Origin: Mobula hypostoma
Taxonomy: Eukaryota
Direction of reading: 5' to 3'
Assembly: GCF_963921235.1 (NCBI RefSeq)
Contig: NC_086108.1
Span: 110,920,001 to 110,984,000 of the forward strand
DNA length: 64,000 bases
Below the pieces are notes generated by a model. That model saw only the letters and a program-made list of their open reading frames with translations, was not told where the DNA came from and did not search any database. Positions within the stretch are counted from its first letter, which is position 1, and the number at the start of each line of letters is the position of its first letter. Of this stretch, positions 51,571-64,000 are shown piece by piece. The translations under genes and the position numbers were made by a program.

Positions 51571-52111
51571 GGAGAAGTTTAGAGGGGTATTGGCTGAGCA
51601 CAGATGAGACTACTAACTGGACAACAGAGTCAGCATAGATGGGATGGGCCGGAAGGCCTGTTTCCATGCTGAATGACTGTAATAGTGCAGTCTCTGACAC
51701 AAAGTCAGTGCTGACCACAATGCTAATTGAAACTGATCCCATCTCCTGCATGTGATCCACACCTCTCCATTCCCTGTCTGATCTTGCCCAAGCATCCTGG
51801 TGTGGAAGTTGCAGCAAGGTAAGATAATGTCCAGGTAAGAAAGGTCTTCGGAGAAAGATCTCTGAAGAGCATAACTTCCCTTCGCACAACAGGAGACTGG
51901 AGACATTTGGCATATGGAGACAAGGTGATGGTGTGAATGAAGCATTCTAGGGACACACACCAACTGGAGGGCGATTACTTTACTAACTTCAAACTATCAT
52001 CTGTCACCACCCTGTAGTTTCTATTGACTTTCAATACCTGTATTGTGAATACTGTGCATATATATATATATATATATGTACAGTACTGTGCAGAAGTCTT
52101 AGGCACATATG

Positions 52112-53788
52112 CAGTGCCTATAAAAAGTATTCACTCCCCTTGAAACTTTACATGTTTTATTGTTTTACAACATTGAATCACTGTGGATTTAATCTGGCTT
52201 TTTTAACACTGATAAACAGAGAAAGACTCTTCCATGTCAAAGTGAAAGCAGATCTCTACAAAGTGATCCAAGTTAATTACAAATATAAAACAAAATAATT
52301 GATTGCGTAAGTATTCACCCCCCCCCCCTTTAATATGACATACCAAGTCATCACTGGTGCAGCCAATTGGTTTTAGAAGACACATAATTAGTTAAATAGA
52401 GATCTGTTTTTGGAGACCTGTGTGCAGTCAAGGTGCTTCAGCTGTAGAAAAGGTACACCTGCATCTGGATGGTCTAACAGCTGGTGAGTCAGTATCCTGG
52501 CAAAAACTACACTATGAAGACAAAAGAACACTCCAAGCAGCTCCGCAAAAAGGTTATTAAAAAGCACAAGTCAGGAGATGGATACAAGAAAACTTTCAAG
52601 TCACTGAATATCCCTCAGAGTACAGTTAAGTCAATCATCAAGAAATGGAAAGACTATGGCACTGCTAAATCTGCATAGAGCAGGCCGTCCTCAAATACTG
52701 AGTGACTATGCAAGAAGGGGACTAGTGAGGGGGTCCACCAAAAGACTCTGTCACAGACTGCAGTGGAGGCCAAGTCCATGGGTATATTCAAAGCAGAAGT
52801 TGATAGATTCCTGAATGGTTGGAGCATCAAGGGATATGGTGAGAGCACAGGTGTATGGGGTTGAATGGGATCCGGGATCAGCCATGATGACATGGTGGAG
52901 TCGATTCAATGGGCTGAATGGCCTAATTCTGTTTTTATGTCTTATGGTCTTATGGAGACCGATTGCAACTCTGGAGGAGTTACAAGCTTCAGTGGCTGAG
53001 ATGTGAGAGACTGCGCATACAACTACTGTTGAGAAATCTCATGTGAAGACATGTGGGAGACTCTGAAGTCAGCTGGAAGAAGGTTCAATGATCTGATGTA
53101 ACGAAAATTGAGCTTTTTGGCCATCAGACTAAACACTATGTTTGGCTTCAGTGCAGCAGGCTCTGGAAGGCTTGTAAAGGTAGAGGGTAAAATGAATGCA
53201 GCAAAATACAGGGGAAATCCTGGAGGAAAACGAGATGCAGTCTGCAAGAGAACTGCAACTTGGGAGAAGATTGCTTTTCCAGTAAGAAAATGATCCCAAG
53301 CATAAACCCAAAGCTACACAGGAATGGCTTAAAAACAACGAAGTTAATATCCTGTAGTGACCAAGTCACAATCCAGACCTCAATCCAGTTGAGAATTTGT
53401 TGTTGGACTTGAAAAGGGCTGTTCGCTCATGATCCCTATACAATCTGACAGAGTTAGAGCAATTTTGTACAGAAGAATGCAGAAAATAAAAAGCTGATAG
53501 AGACTTATCCACACAGACTCAGGGCTGTAATTGCTGCCAAAGGTGCATTTACTAAATACTGGCTTGAAGGGGGTGAATACTTATGCAATCAATTATTTTG
53601 TGTTTTATATTTGTAATTAATTGAGTTCAGTTTGTAGAGATCTGTTTTCACTTTGACATGAAAGAGTCATTTTCTGTTGATCAATGTGGGGAAAAAAGCC
53701 AAATTAAAACCACTGATATTCAATGTTGTAGGACAATAAAACATGAAAACTTCTGGGGGAAGGGGGTAAATATTTTTTATACACACTG
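52112..53788 (+). mobile_element. Tc1/mariner transposon with long TIRs and a decayed transposase
   Basis: TIRs CAGTGCCTATAAAAAGTATTCAC / ..TATACACACTG+TA, inner repeat AAGTATTCACCCCC; MKTKEHSKQLR..GDGYKK..STVKSIIKKWK and NDPKH..PDLNPVENL; CR1 tail inserted at about 52746-52952; sits inside a small MITE (free copy at about 58590-58662). Confidence 0.9.
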
Positions 53789-53939
53789 TATATATCTAGT
53801 CTGCCCAAATCTTTTACACGGAGCTGTAATTGTCAACATGGAACAGAGAGTGAGTTTGTAAATCTGGCAGGGAGCAAAGGATGCTGGGAATGGTGAGGGG
53901 GTTGCACTGTAGAGGGGTGTTGAACCAGAGGTGACCGGG

Positions 53940-56900
53940 AGCTTAAGGTAAGAGAACCCTTAGGAGCCAGTGATCACAATATGGTTGAGTTCAACTTGAA
54001 ATCTGATTAAGGACAAAGTAAAGTCTGACATAGCAATATTTCAGTAGAGTAAAGGAAATTACAGTGGTATGAGAGAGGAGTTGGCCAAGGTAAGTTGGAA
54101 GGAGCTGCTGGCAGGGATGTCAGCAGAGCCGCAATGGCGTGAGTTTCTGGGAAAAATGAGGAAGGTGCAGGACATGTGTCTTCCAAGAATGAAGAAATAC
54201 TCAAATGGCAAAATAGTACAACCGTGGCTGACAAGGGAAGTCAAAACTAATGTTAAAAACAAGAGAGGACATACAACAAAGCAAAAGATAGTGGGAAGAT
54301 AGAGGATTGGGAAGCTTTTAAAACTCTACAGAGAGCAACTAAAAAATAGAAGGGAAAAGATGAAATATGAAAGCAAGCTAGCAAATAATATCAAAGCGGA
54401 TAGTAAAAGTTTTTTCGAGCATGTTAAAGATAGAAGAGAAATGAGAGTGGATATAGAACCACTAGAAAATGAGGCAGGTGAAATAATAACGGGGGACAAG
54501 GAGATGGCTGCTGAACTAAATGAGTATTTTAGAAACATAGAAACATAGAAAATAGGTGCAGGAGTAGGCCATTCGGCCCTTCGAGCCTGCACCGCCATTT
54601 ATTATGATCATGGCTGATCATCCAACTCAGAACCCCGCCCCAGCCTTCCCTCCATACGCCCTGACCCCCGTAGCCACAAGGGCCATATCTAACTCCCTCT
54701 TAAATATAGCCAATGAACTGGCCTCAACAGTTTCCTGTGGCAGAGAATTCCACAGATTCACCACTCTCTGTGTGAAGAAGTTTTTCCTAATCTTGGTCCT
54801 AAAAGGCTTCCCCTCTATCCTCAAACTGTGACCCCTCGTTCTGGACTTCCCCAACATCGGGAACAATCTTCCTGCATCTAGCCTGTCCAATCCCTTTAGG
54901 ATCTTATACGTTTCAATCAGATCCCCCCTCAATCTTCTAAATTCCAACGAGTACAAGCCCAGTTCATCCAGTCTTTCTTCATATGAAAGTCCTGCCATCC
55001 CAGGAATCAATCTGGTGAACCTTCTTTGTACTCCCTCTATGGCAAAGATGTCTTTCCTCAGATTAGGGGACCAAAACTGCACACAATACTCCAGGTGTGG
55101 TCTCACCAAGGCCTTGTACAACTGCAGTAGTACCTCCCTGCTCCTGTACTCGAATCTTCTCGCTATAAATGCCAGCATACCATTCGCCTTTTTCACCGCC
55201 TGCTGTACCTGCATGCCCACTTTGAATGACTGGTGTATAATGACACCCAGGTCTCGTTGCACCTCCCCTTTTCCTAATCGGCCACCATTCAGATAATAAT
55301 CTGTTTTCCTATTTTTGCCACCAAAGTGGATAACTTCGCATTTATCCACATTAAATTGCATCTGCCATGAGTTTGCCCACTCACCCAACCTATCCAAGTC
55401 ACCCTGCATCCTCTTAGCATCCTCCTCACTGCTAACACTGCCACCCAGCTTCGTGTCATCCGCAAACTTGCAGATGCTGCATTTAATTCCCTCATCCAAG
55501 TCATTAATATATATTGTAAACAACTGGGGTCCCAGCACTGAGCCTTGCGGTACCCCACTAGTCACCGCCTGCCATTCTGAAAAGGTCCCGTTTATTCCCA
55601 CTCTTTGCTTCCTGTCTGCTAACCAATTCTCCACCCACACCAATACCTTACCCCCAATACCGTGTGCTTTAAGTTTGCACACTAATCTCCTGTGTGGGAC
55701 CTTGTCAAAAGCCTTTTGAAAATCCATATATACCACATCCACTGGTTCTCCCCTATCCACTCTACTAGTTACATCCTCAAAAAATTCTATGAGCTTCGTC
55801 AGACATGATTTTCCTTTCACAAATCCATGCTGACTTTGTCCGATCATTTCACCGCTTTCCAAATGTGCTGTTATCACATCCTTGATAACTGACTCCAGCA
55901 GTTTCCCCACCACTGACGTTAGGCTAACCGGTCTATAATTCCCCGGTTTCTCTCTCCCTCCTTTTTTAAAAAGTGGGGTTACATTAGCCACCCTCCAATC
56001 CTCAGGAACTAGTCCAGAATCTAACGAGTTTTGAAAAATTATCACTAATGCATCCACTATTTCTTGGGCTACTTCCTTAAGCACTCTAGGATGCAGACCA
56101 TCTGGCCCTGGGGATTTATCTGCCTTCAATCCCTTCAATTTACCTAACACCACTTCCCTACTAACATGTATTTCGCTCAGTTCCTCCATCTCACTGGACC
56201 CTCTGTCCCGTACTATTTCTGGAAGATTATTTATGTCCTCCTTAGTGAAGACAGAACCAAAGTAATTATTCAATTGGTCTGCCATGTCCTTGCTCCCCAT
56301 AATCAATTCACCTGTTTCTGTCTGCAGGGGACCTACATTTGTCTTTACCAGTCTTTTCCTTTTTACATATCTATAAAAGCCTTTACAGTCCGTTTTTATG
56401 TTCCCCGCCAGTTTTCTCTCATAATCTTTTTTCCCCTTCCTAATTAAGCCCTTTGTCCTCCTCTGCTGAACTCTGAATTTCTCCCAGTCCTCAGGTGAGC
56501 CACTTTCTCTGGCTAATTTGTATGCTTCTTCTTTGGAATTGATACTATCTCTAATTTCTCTTGTCAGCCACTTTTGCATCAGTCTTCACGGTGGAAGACA
56601 CTAGCAGTGTGCCAGATGTTGTGGTGTGTAAAGAAGAGAAGTGAGTGCAGTTACTACTACAAGGGAGAAAGTGCTCAAAAAGCTGAAAGACCTAAAGGTA
56701 CATAAGTCACCCGGACCAGATGAACTACACCCTAGGGTTCTGAAAGAGGTAGCGTTAGACATTGAGGAGGCATTAGCAATGATCTTTCAAAAATCATTAG
56801 ACTCTGGCATGGTGACAGAGGACTGGAAAATTGCAAATGTCACTCCACTCTTTAAGAAAGGAGAAAGGCAGCAGAAAGGAAATTATAGACCAGTTAGCCT

Positions 56901-58260
56901 GACCTCAGTGGTTGGGAAGATGTTGGAGTCAATTGTTAAGGATGAGGTTATGGAGTACTTGGTGACACAGGACAAGACAGGACAAAGTCAGCATGGTTTC
57001 CTTCAGGGAAAATCCTGCCTGACAAACCTGTTGGAATTTCTTGCGGAGATTACAAGTAGGATAGATAAAGGGGATACAGTGGGTGTTGTATATCTGGACT
57101 TTCAGAAAGCTTTTGACAAAGTGCCACATATGAGGCTACCTACCAAGTTAAGAGCCCATGGTATTACAGGAAAATTACTATGATGGTTATGAGCATTGGC
57201 TGATTAGTAGGAGACAGTGAGTGGGAATAAAAGGATCCTTGTCTGGTTGGCTGCCAGTGACTAGTGGTGTTCCATGGGGGTCAGTGTTTAGATAATTTCG
57301 GTTTATGCTGTATATAAATGATTTAGATGATGGAATAGATGGCTTTGTTGCCAAGTTTGCAGATGATATGAAGATTGGTGGAGGGTCAGGTAGTGTTGAG
57401 GAAACAGGAAGGCTGCAGAAAGTCTTAGAAAGATTAGGAGAATGGGCAAGAAAGTGGCAAATGAAATGCAATGTTGAAAAATGCATTGTCATGCACTTTG
57501 GTAGTAAAATATTTGTGTGGACTATTTTCTCAACAGGGAGAAAATCCAAAACTCTGAGATGCAAATGGACTTGGGAGTCCTTGTGCAGATCATCCCAAAG
57601 GTTAACTTGAGGTTGAGTTGGTGGTGAGGAAGGCAAATGCCATGTTAGCATTCATTTCTAGAGGTCTAGAATACAAGAGATGGGATGTGATGCTGAGGCT
57701 TTATATGGCACTGGTGAGGCCTCACTTGAATATTGTGAACAGTTTTGGGCTCCTCATCTGAGAAAAGATGTGCTGGCATTGGAGAGGGTTAAGAGAAGAT
57801 TCACAAGGATGATTCCGGGAATGAAAAAGTTATCATATGAAAAACATTTGATGCCTCTGGGTCCGTACTCGCTGGAATTTAGAAGGATGATGGGGATCTC
57901 ATTGAAGCCTTTCAAATGTTGAAAAGATGTTTCCCATGGTGGGGGAGTCATGGACAAGAGAGCACAGCCTCTGGATAGAGGGGCATCCATTCAAAACTGA
58001 GATGCGGAGAAATTTCTTTAGCCAGAGGTTGGTGAATTTGTGGAATTTGTTGCCACATGCAGCTGTGGAGGCCAGGTTGTTGGGTGTATTTAAGACAGAG
58101 ATTGATAGGTTCTTGATTGGACATGGCATCAAATGTTATGGGGAGAAGGCCGGGGAGTGGGGTTGAAGAGGAGAAAAGAAGGATCAGCCATGATTAAATG
58201 GCGAATCAGACTCGATGGATCAAATGGCCGAATTCTGCTTTTATGTCTTATGTTCGTATG
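53940..58260 (+). mobile_element. CR1 LINE split by a younger CR1
   Basis: Endonuclease end/linker at 53940-54530 resumes at 56572 (AELNEYF|ASVFT), then RT and 3' tail. Confidence 0.9.
54531..56571 (-). mobile_element. Very young 5'-truncated CR1 with an uninterrupted ORF2 (RT to stop)
   Basis: ORF 54627-56579 of 650 aa has no disruption; (TTTCTATG)n tail; short TTTT duplication at the flanks. Confidence 0.96.
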
Positions 58261-61200
58261 GTTTTATGGGTGTGGGACGGGGTGCAGAGAAGGAGTGCCA
58301 GGGTTGGGGGTGGCATGCATGTAGGCTCACCCAAACCTGAGACATCGGGCAAGGTAATTTTTTTTTTCAAACAGGTGTTTTATTGATCATTACAGAATGT
58401 CTCTCTGGTGATTCCTGCTCCCTCCTCTCTCCTTTCCCCTTTTCCCAACTATGATTCCCCTCTCCCTGCCCCCTTGCATCCCTCAGTCCACAACAGAGAC
58501 CCATACTAGAATCAGATTTATAATCAGTCACTTTCAGTATGTTACGATTTTTTTTGTGGTTGCAGTACAGTGCAATACATAAAGTTACTACAGTACCGTG
58601 CAAAAGTCTTAGGCAACCTAGCTAGGTATACAGTATGTGCCTGAAACATTTGCACAGTACTGTATATTAAAAAAATGTCGAATTAAATAAGTAGAGCAGA
58701 AAGAGATAAACAAAGTAGGGAGGTAGTGTTCTTGGGTCATATCCAAGCTGCTAGTCAATACCGTATAAAAATGACCGTTCAGACTTCAGGACAATTCAGT
58801 GACAGGGGCTATGCTGTTCTTGCCCACAAGTAAATAAAGTGTGATTGAGGAATGAATGCGAGTTATCAGAGCCTAGTTAATTGGTGATGACATTGGCAGT
58901 GTGTGATACACACTCATGACTCTCTGTATACACCTGCCCCTCACATCTTCTTTAATCTGTCCCTTCACCTTCCAACTATATCCTCAAGTATTTGAAATTT
59001 CCTCCCTGCGAGAAAGATTCTGACAGGCTACCCTAGTCTCCCATAATTTTATAAACCTGCATCAGGTCTCCCCTTGGCCTCCATCACTTCAGAATAAACA
59101 ACCCAAGTTTGTCCATCCTCCCCATGGAGCTGATACTCTAGTCTAGTCTAACAACATCTTGGTGAAACTTGTTAGCACCCCTCCCATCTGGGAAAAGATG
59201 TGCTGGCACTGGGAGAGGATCCAGATGAGGATCACGGGAATGATCTCAGGAATGAAAGGGTTAAAGTATGAGGAGCATTTGATGGCGCTGGGCCTGTACT
59301 CACTGGAGTTCAGAAGAATGAAGGGGAGATCTCATTGAAACCTGCCAAATATTAAAAGGTTTGATGGAGAGGATGTTTCCTATAGTGGGGGAGTCTAAGT
59401 CCAGGGCACAGCCTCAGAATACAATGATGTCCCTTTAGAATATAGATGAAGAGGAATTTCTTTACCCAGATTATGTGGAATCTGTGGAATTCATTGTCAC
59501 AGATGACTATGGAGGCCAAGTTACTGGGTATATTTAAAACAGAGGTTAATGGGTTCTTGATTAATAATGCTGTCAAAGGTTGCGGGGCGAAAGCAGGAGA
59601 ATGGGGTGAACAAGGACAATAAATCAGTCATGATGGAATGGCAGAGCAGACATGATGGGCCGAATGGACTAATTCTGTTCCTTTGTCTTATGATTCCACT
59701 CGTTATCTGGTGTCTCATATTTACCATCCATGTTTCCAACTGATTTATATCCTGCTGTCTCCCTTGATGACCCTCTTCATTGTCCACAACTCCACCAATT
59801 TTTGTGCCATCTACAAACTAGTAGCCCAGAAAAAGGGGATGCAGGAAGAATAGATGTCTTTGGCAGAGAGGTCTGTATACAATTAAATAAATTTTTAGAA
59901 TGATTACTGTCATGTAGTAACACACACAAAGTATTGGTGGAGCTCAGTAGATCAGGCAACATCTATGGAGGGGAACAAACAGTTGATCTTTTAGGTCAAG
60001 ACCCTACATCAGGACTGGAAAGGAAGGGGGAAGTAGCCAGAATAAAGAAGTGTGGGGAGGGGAAGGAGGACAAGCTGGCAGGTGACAAGTGAAGCCAGGT
60101 GAGGGGGAAGGTAGGTGGCTGAGGTAGGAAAATGAAATCAGAACCGGGGAGGTGATAGGTGGAAATGGCTGAAGAAGAAGGAATCTGATAGGATAAGAGA
60201 ACGGACCATGGAAGAAGGATGTGAACCACAAGGAGGTGATTTACTGTATACCTTCCTCTCCCCATTGACCACCCAATGTGCAACACCTCACACTTGCCAG
60301 GTTAAACTTCGTCTGCCATTTACTGTCCATATTCCATCTGATCTATCTCCCTCTGTGCCCTTTGACAACCTTCCTCACTGTCCACAACTCCACCTATTTT
60401 TATGTCATTCACAAACTTACTAATCAGCTCTCCTGCATCTTCCCTCAGGTCAGAGGTCGAGTTTGTTAATAGTTAAAACTTTATAAGGGTGACCAGATGG
60501 GGGTTGTTTTCTTTAGAGCAAAAGATATGAAGGGAGATGTAAATATATAATGAGTAATTTGGAAAATGGGGAAGCAGGAAGGATAGATTTCTTTGGAGAG
60601 AGGTCTGAATACAATTAAATAAATTGTTAGAATGATTACTCTCATTGAGTATCACACACAAAATGCTGGAGGAATGCAACAGGTCAGGCAGCATCTATGG
60701 AGAGGAATGAACCCACCTTTCCCCTCACCTGGTCTCACCTGTCACCTGCCAAGCTGTACAGCTTCCCTTCTTCCCACCTTCTTACTCTGGCTTCTTCACC
60801 TTTCCTTTCCAGTCCTGATGAAGGCTCTCAGTCCGAAATGTCGGCTCTCTATTCCTCTCCGTAGATGCTACCTATCCTGCAGAGTCTCTCCTGCATGCTG
60901 TGCATTTTGCTCTGGATTTCCAGCATCTGTAGAGTCTCTTGTGTTGGTATCGTTGAGGCTCACAGCAGAGAGCGTTCTGACTGGTTGTGTCACGGCCTGG
61001 TGTGGAGGCTCCAGTGAACAGAACTACACAAGTCTGCAGAGATCTGTGGACTCAGACAGCTCCATCATGAGAAAGGCCCAGACATAGTGGATGTGCTGAG
61101 GATGCTTCCTATAGCGGCTGAGCCTAGGACCTGAGGGCACAGGCTCAGCATGGAAAAACATCCCTTTAGAACAGAGATTAGGAGAAATTTCTTTAGCCAG

Positions 61201-62544
61201 AGGGTGGTGAATGTGTGGAATTCACTGTCACAGAAAGCCGTGGAGGCCAAGTCACTGTTTACTTAAAGAGGAGGTTGATATGTTTTTGATCGAAAAAGGC
61301 CTTCAAGGTTACGAGGAGAAGGCAGAAGAATGAGATTCAGAGGGATAATAAATCAACCATGATGGGCTAAATGGCCTAATTTCTGCTCTTATGTCTTATA
61401 GTCTTATGGTCATGATTCTTTCTGCTGACAATTCATGATCTTTTATAGAATATAGAACATAGATCAGTACAATACAGGAATAGGCCCTTTGGCCCATAAT
61501 GTTGTGCCAAACCAATTAAATTAGTAATCAAATGGCTAACAAAACTAATTTCTTCTGCCTACACAATGTCCATATCTTCCCAATCACCTCACACCCATGT
61601 GCCTATCTAAACATCTTTTAAATATCCCCAATGTTTCTGCCTCTACCAGCACCCCAGATAGATAGATACTTCATTGATCCCAAAGGAAATTACAATGTCA
61701 CAGTAGCAATACAAGTGTTCAGGAACAGATATTAGAAGAGAAGTAGAAAGAATAAAAACTAAGTTACCACCAACAGTCTAACAGGAGGGGTCATCACTTC
61801 CCCGGCTACAGTTTGACTCATTATAGAGCCTAATGGCCGAGGATTAGGATGACCTCATATAGCGCTCTTTGGAGCAGCACAGTTGTCTCAGTCTGTTACT
61901 GAAAGTGCTTCTCTGTTCAGCCAAGGTGGCACGCAGAGAAACATTGTCCAGAATTGCCAGGATTTTCTGTAGGGTCCTTTGTTCTACCACAGTCTCCAGT
62001 GCGTCCAGCACTCTGTGTAAAACAGCTTGCCCCTCACAGCTCCTTTGAAATTACCCCCTCCTCACTTTAAATCACGCCCCCTGGTATTAGACATTACAAC
62101 CCTGGGAAAAGGATACTGTCTGTCTACTCTACCTAAACCTCACATAATCTTATAAACCTCTGTCAGATCTCCCCTCAGCCTCCGGCGCTCCAGAGGAGAA
62201 AACCCAAGTTTGTCCAACCTCTCATTTCTTTTTCTATGAGGCTGGAGGGGCAAAAACAGGAAACAGGGACAGCTGAAGGACTTTGCTGCCCCTGAGGAGG
62301 AGAGCTCATTGATTAGCCCATTGGAGCCTCTTAAGAACCAAAGTGGCTTCTTTATCACGTCTCCTTTTGACATCAGGGAGCTGTAATCAGGGTCACTGGA
62401 GGAGGTGATTAATCAATCCCCGTTGTACCTGTCAGGGAGCGGAGCAGAAAAACATGTTGAAGTGTTTGTGACATCTCAGGAAAGGAAGAACGAGGTCACG
62501 ACAGCTCATAGCTCTACAGGACAGACGCTGTGGAGCATTCTGCA

Positions 62545-62598
62545 ATGGGACGTGAGAAACAGTCGGCTCTTTTATGGATCTTTCCTTTCTTCTTTGTG
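62545..62598 (+). CDS. Candidate first coding exon (signal peptide) of an unidentified plus-strand gene
   Basis: gcaATGG Kozak context, in-frame stop upstream at 62509, MGREKQSALLWIFPFFFV, then a consensus donor GTG|GTAAGT; lies in a unique island 62225-62600. Confidence 0.35.
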
Positions 62599-64000
62599 GT
62601 AAGTACTTGTGACAACTTCACTCTCTCTATCACTGAACTGCTCCCACAAATTATCGACTCCTTTTAAAGACTCTTCATCTCACATTCTCAATATTTATTG
62701 CTTATTATTTTTTTTATATTTTTTCTTTTTGTATTTGAATAGTTTGTTGTCTTTTGTTTGTACTTGGGTTGATTGTGCGTCTTGTGTTTTCCATTGCTTC
62801 GAAGATGTTTCTTTGTACTTACAGTGAATGCCTGCAAGAAGATGAATCTCAGGGTATGATATGGTGACATATATGTACTTTGATAATAAATTTATTTTGA
62901 ACTTTGAACTTTGAATTAATTAGCACACCTCTGTTAAGAAACGATCGCCCCCCCCACCACCCCCGTTCACTTCACTGGGATGTGTGCTTGTTTTGTCCAA
63001 TGGACCCTTGTTTTAGAATATGTGCCAGTGATGAAAATTGCAGAGATTAAGTTGTTAGTAAAAATAAGCTGGAGTAGCACACACACAAAATGCTGGAGGA
63101 ATTCAGGAGTTCAGGCAGGATCTAAGGGGAGGAATAAACAGTCAACGTTTTGGGCTGAGACCCTTCTTTGGGGCTGGAAAGGAAGGGGGCAGAACCCTAA
63201 GGAGAAGGAGGGGGTGGGGGAAGGGCAAAAAGAGCTGATAAAAGACCTCAGCTTGAAACTTTGACTGTTTACTCTTTTCCACAGATGCTACCTGACCTGC
63301 TGAGTTCCTCCGGCATTTTGTGTGGCTTACTTTAGAGTTCCAGCATCTGCAGAATCTCTTGTGTTTACATATATGTCAGCTGGGTACGGCAGATTGTACA
63401 AGTGCAAAGCAAAAATTGTTGGGCTGCTTATCTGAGGAAGGATGTGCTGGCATTGGAGAGGGTCCCGAGGAGGTTCATGAGAATGATCCTGGGAATGAAA
63501 GGGTTAACATGAGGAGCATTTGATGGCTCTGGGCATGACTCACTGGAGTTTAGAAGAATGAAAGGGGATCTCATTAAAACCTATCAAATATTGAAAGACC
63601 TAATTAGAGTGCACATGGAGAAGATATTTCCAATAGTGGGGGAGCCTAGGACCAGAGAGCACAGCCTCAGAACAGAGAGATCCCTTGTCATAATGAGTTC
63701 TATCTTGTGGTTTTATGGTCTTTATGCATAGATTAAATTTTATAGTCATAAAATCATGCTAAGGACAGGTGTGTCTGTACATAAGGTGACTGACAGGAAA
63801 TGATGAAGTAGTGATGGTTGGGGGTGTAGAGGGGTGGGTTACTAGGTGGGGGTGTTGATCAGCCTTACTGCTAGGAGAAAGTAACTGTTTTTGAGTCTGG
63901 TGGCTCTGGTGTGGAAGCGGTGTAGCCTTCTCCCTGATGGGAGTGGGACAAAGCGTCCATGAGCAGGGTGGGTGGGATCCTTCATGATGTTACTGGTCTT

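Noticed and set aside
51690..52030. Unique island with two AG|GTAAGA donors on the plus strand
   Set aside because: No convincing acceptor, start codon or ORF to pair with them
54627..56579. Longest ORF as a host gene
   Set aside because: It is CR1 ORF2; the ATG comes from the flanking sequence and the element is 5'-truncated

Overview
Repeat-dense vertebrate genomic DNA. The repeat mix (several CR1 families, Rex1/Babar, RTE, Penelope-like elements, tRNA-derived SINEs, Tc1) points to a cartilaginous fish, probably a ray; this is inference. Among the repeats is a complete, intact 7-exon minus-strand gene (38934 or 38973 down to 5117) for a di-N-acetylchitobiase (CTBS, GH18)-like protein of about 370 aa. 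All introns are GT-AG and the spliced frame has no stops. The catalytic DxE of the GH18 motif is replaced (MDGINLHLDQ instead of MDGINIDIEQ) and the MSYD Asp is lost, so it looks like a cationic, secretory-pathway pseudo-enzyme (chi-lectin) derived from chitobiase. Also present: a CR1 insertion that replaced the exon 3 branch-point region, a CpG-island-like promoter inside intron 6, a candidate upstream RFX X-box promoter with non-coding exons, minimal hammerhead ribozymes in Penelope-like elements, two solo LTRs, a very young CR1, and a candidate signal-peptide first exon of a plus-strand gene near the right end. Repeat boundaries are approximate unless a TSD is given. Comparisons with human CTBS are from memory, not from an alignment.
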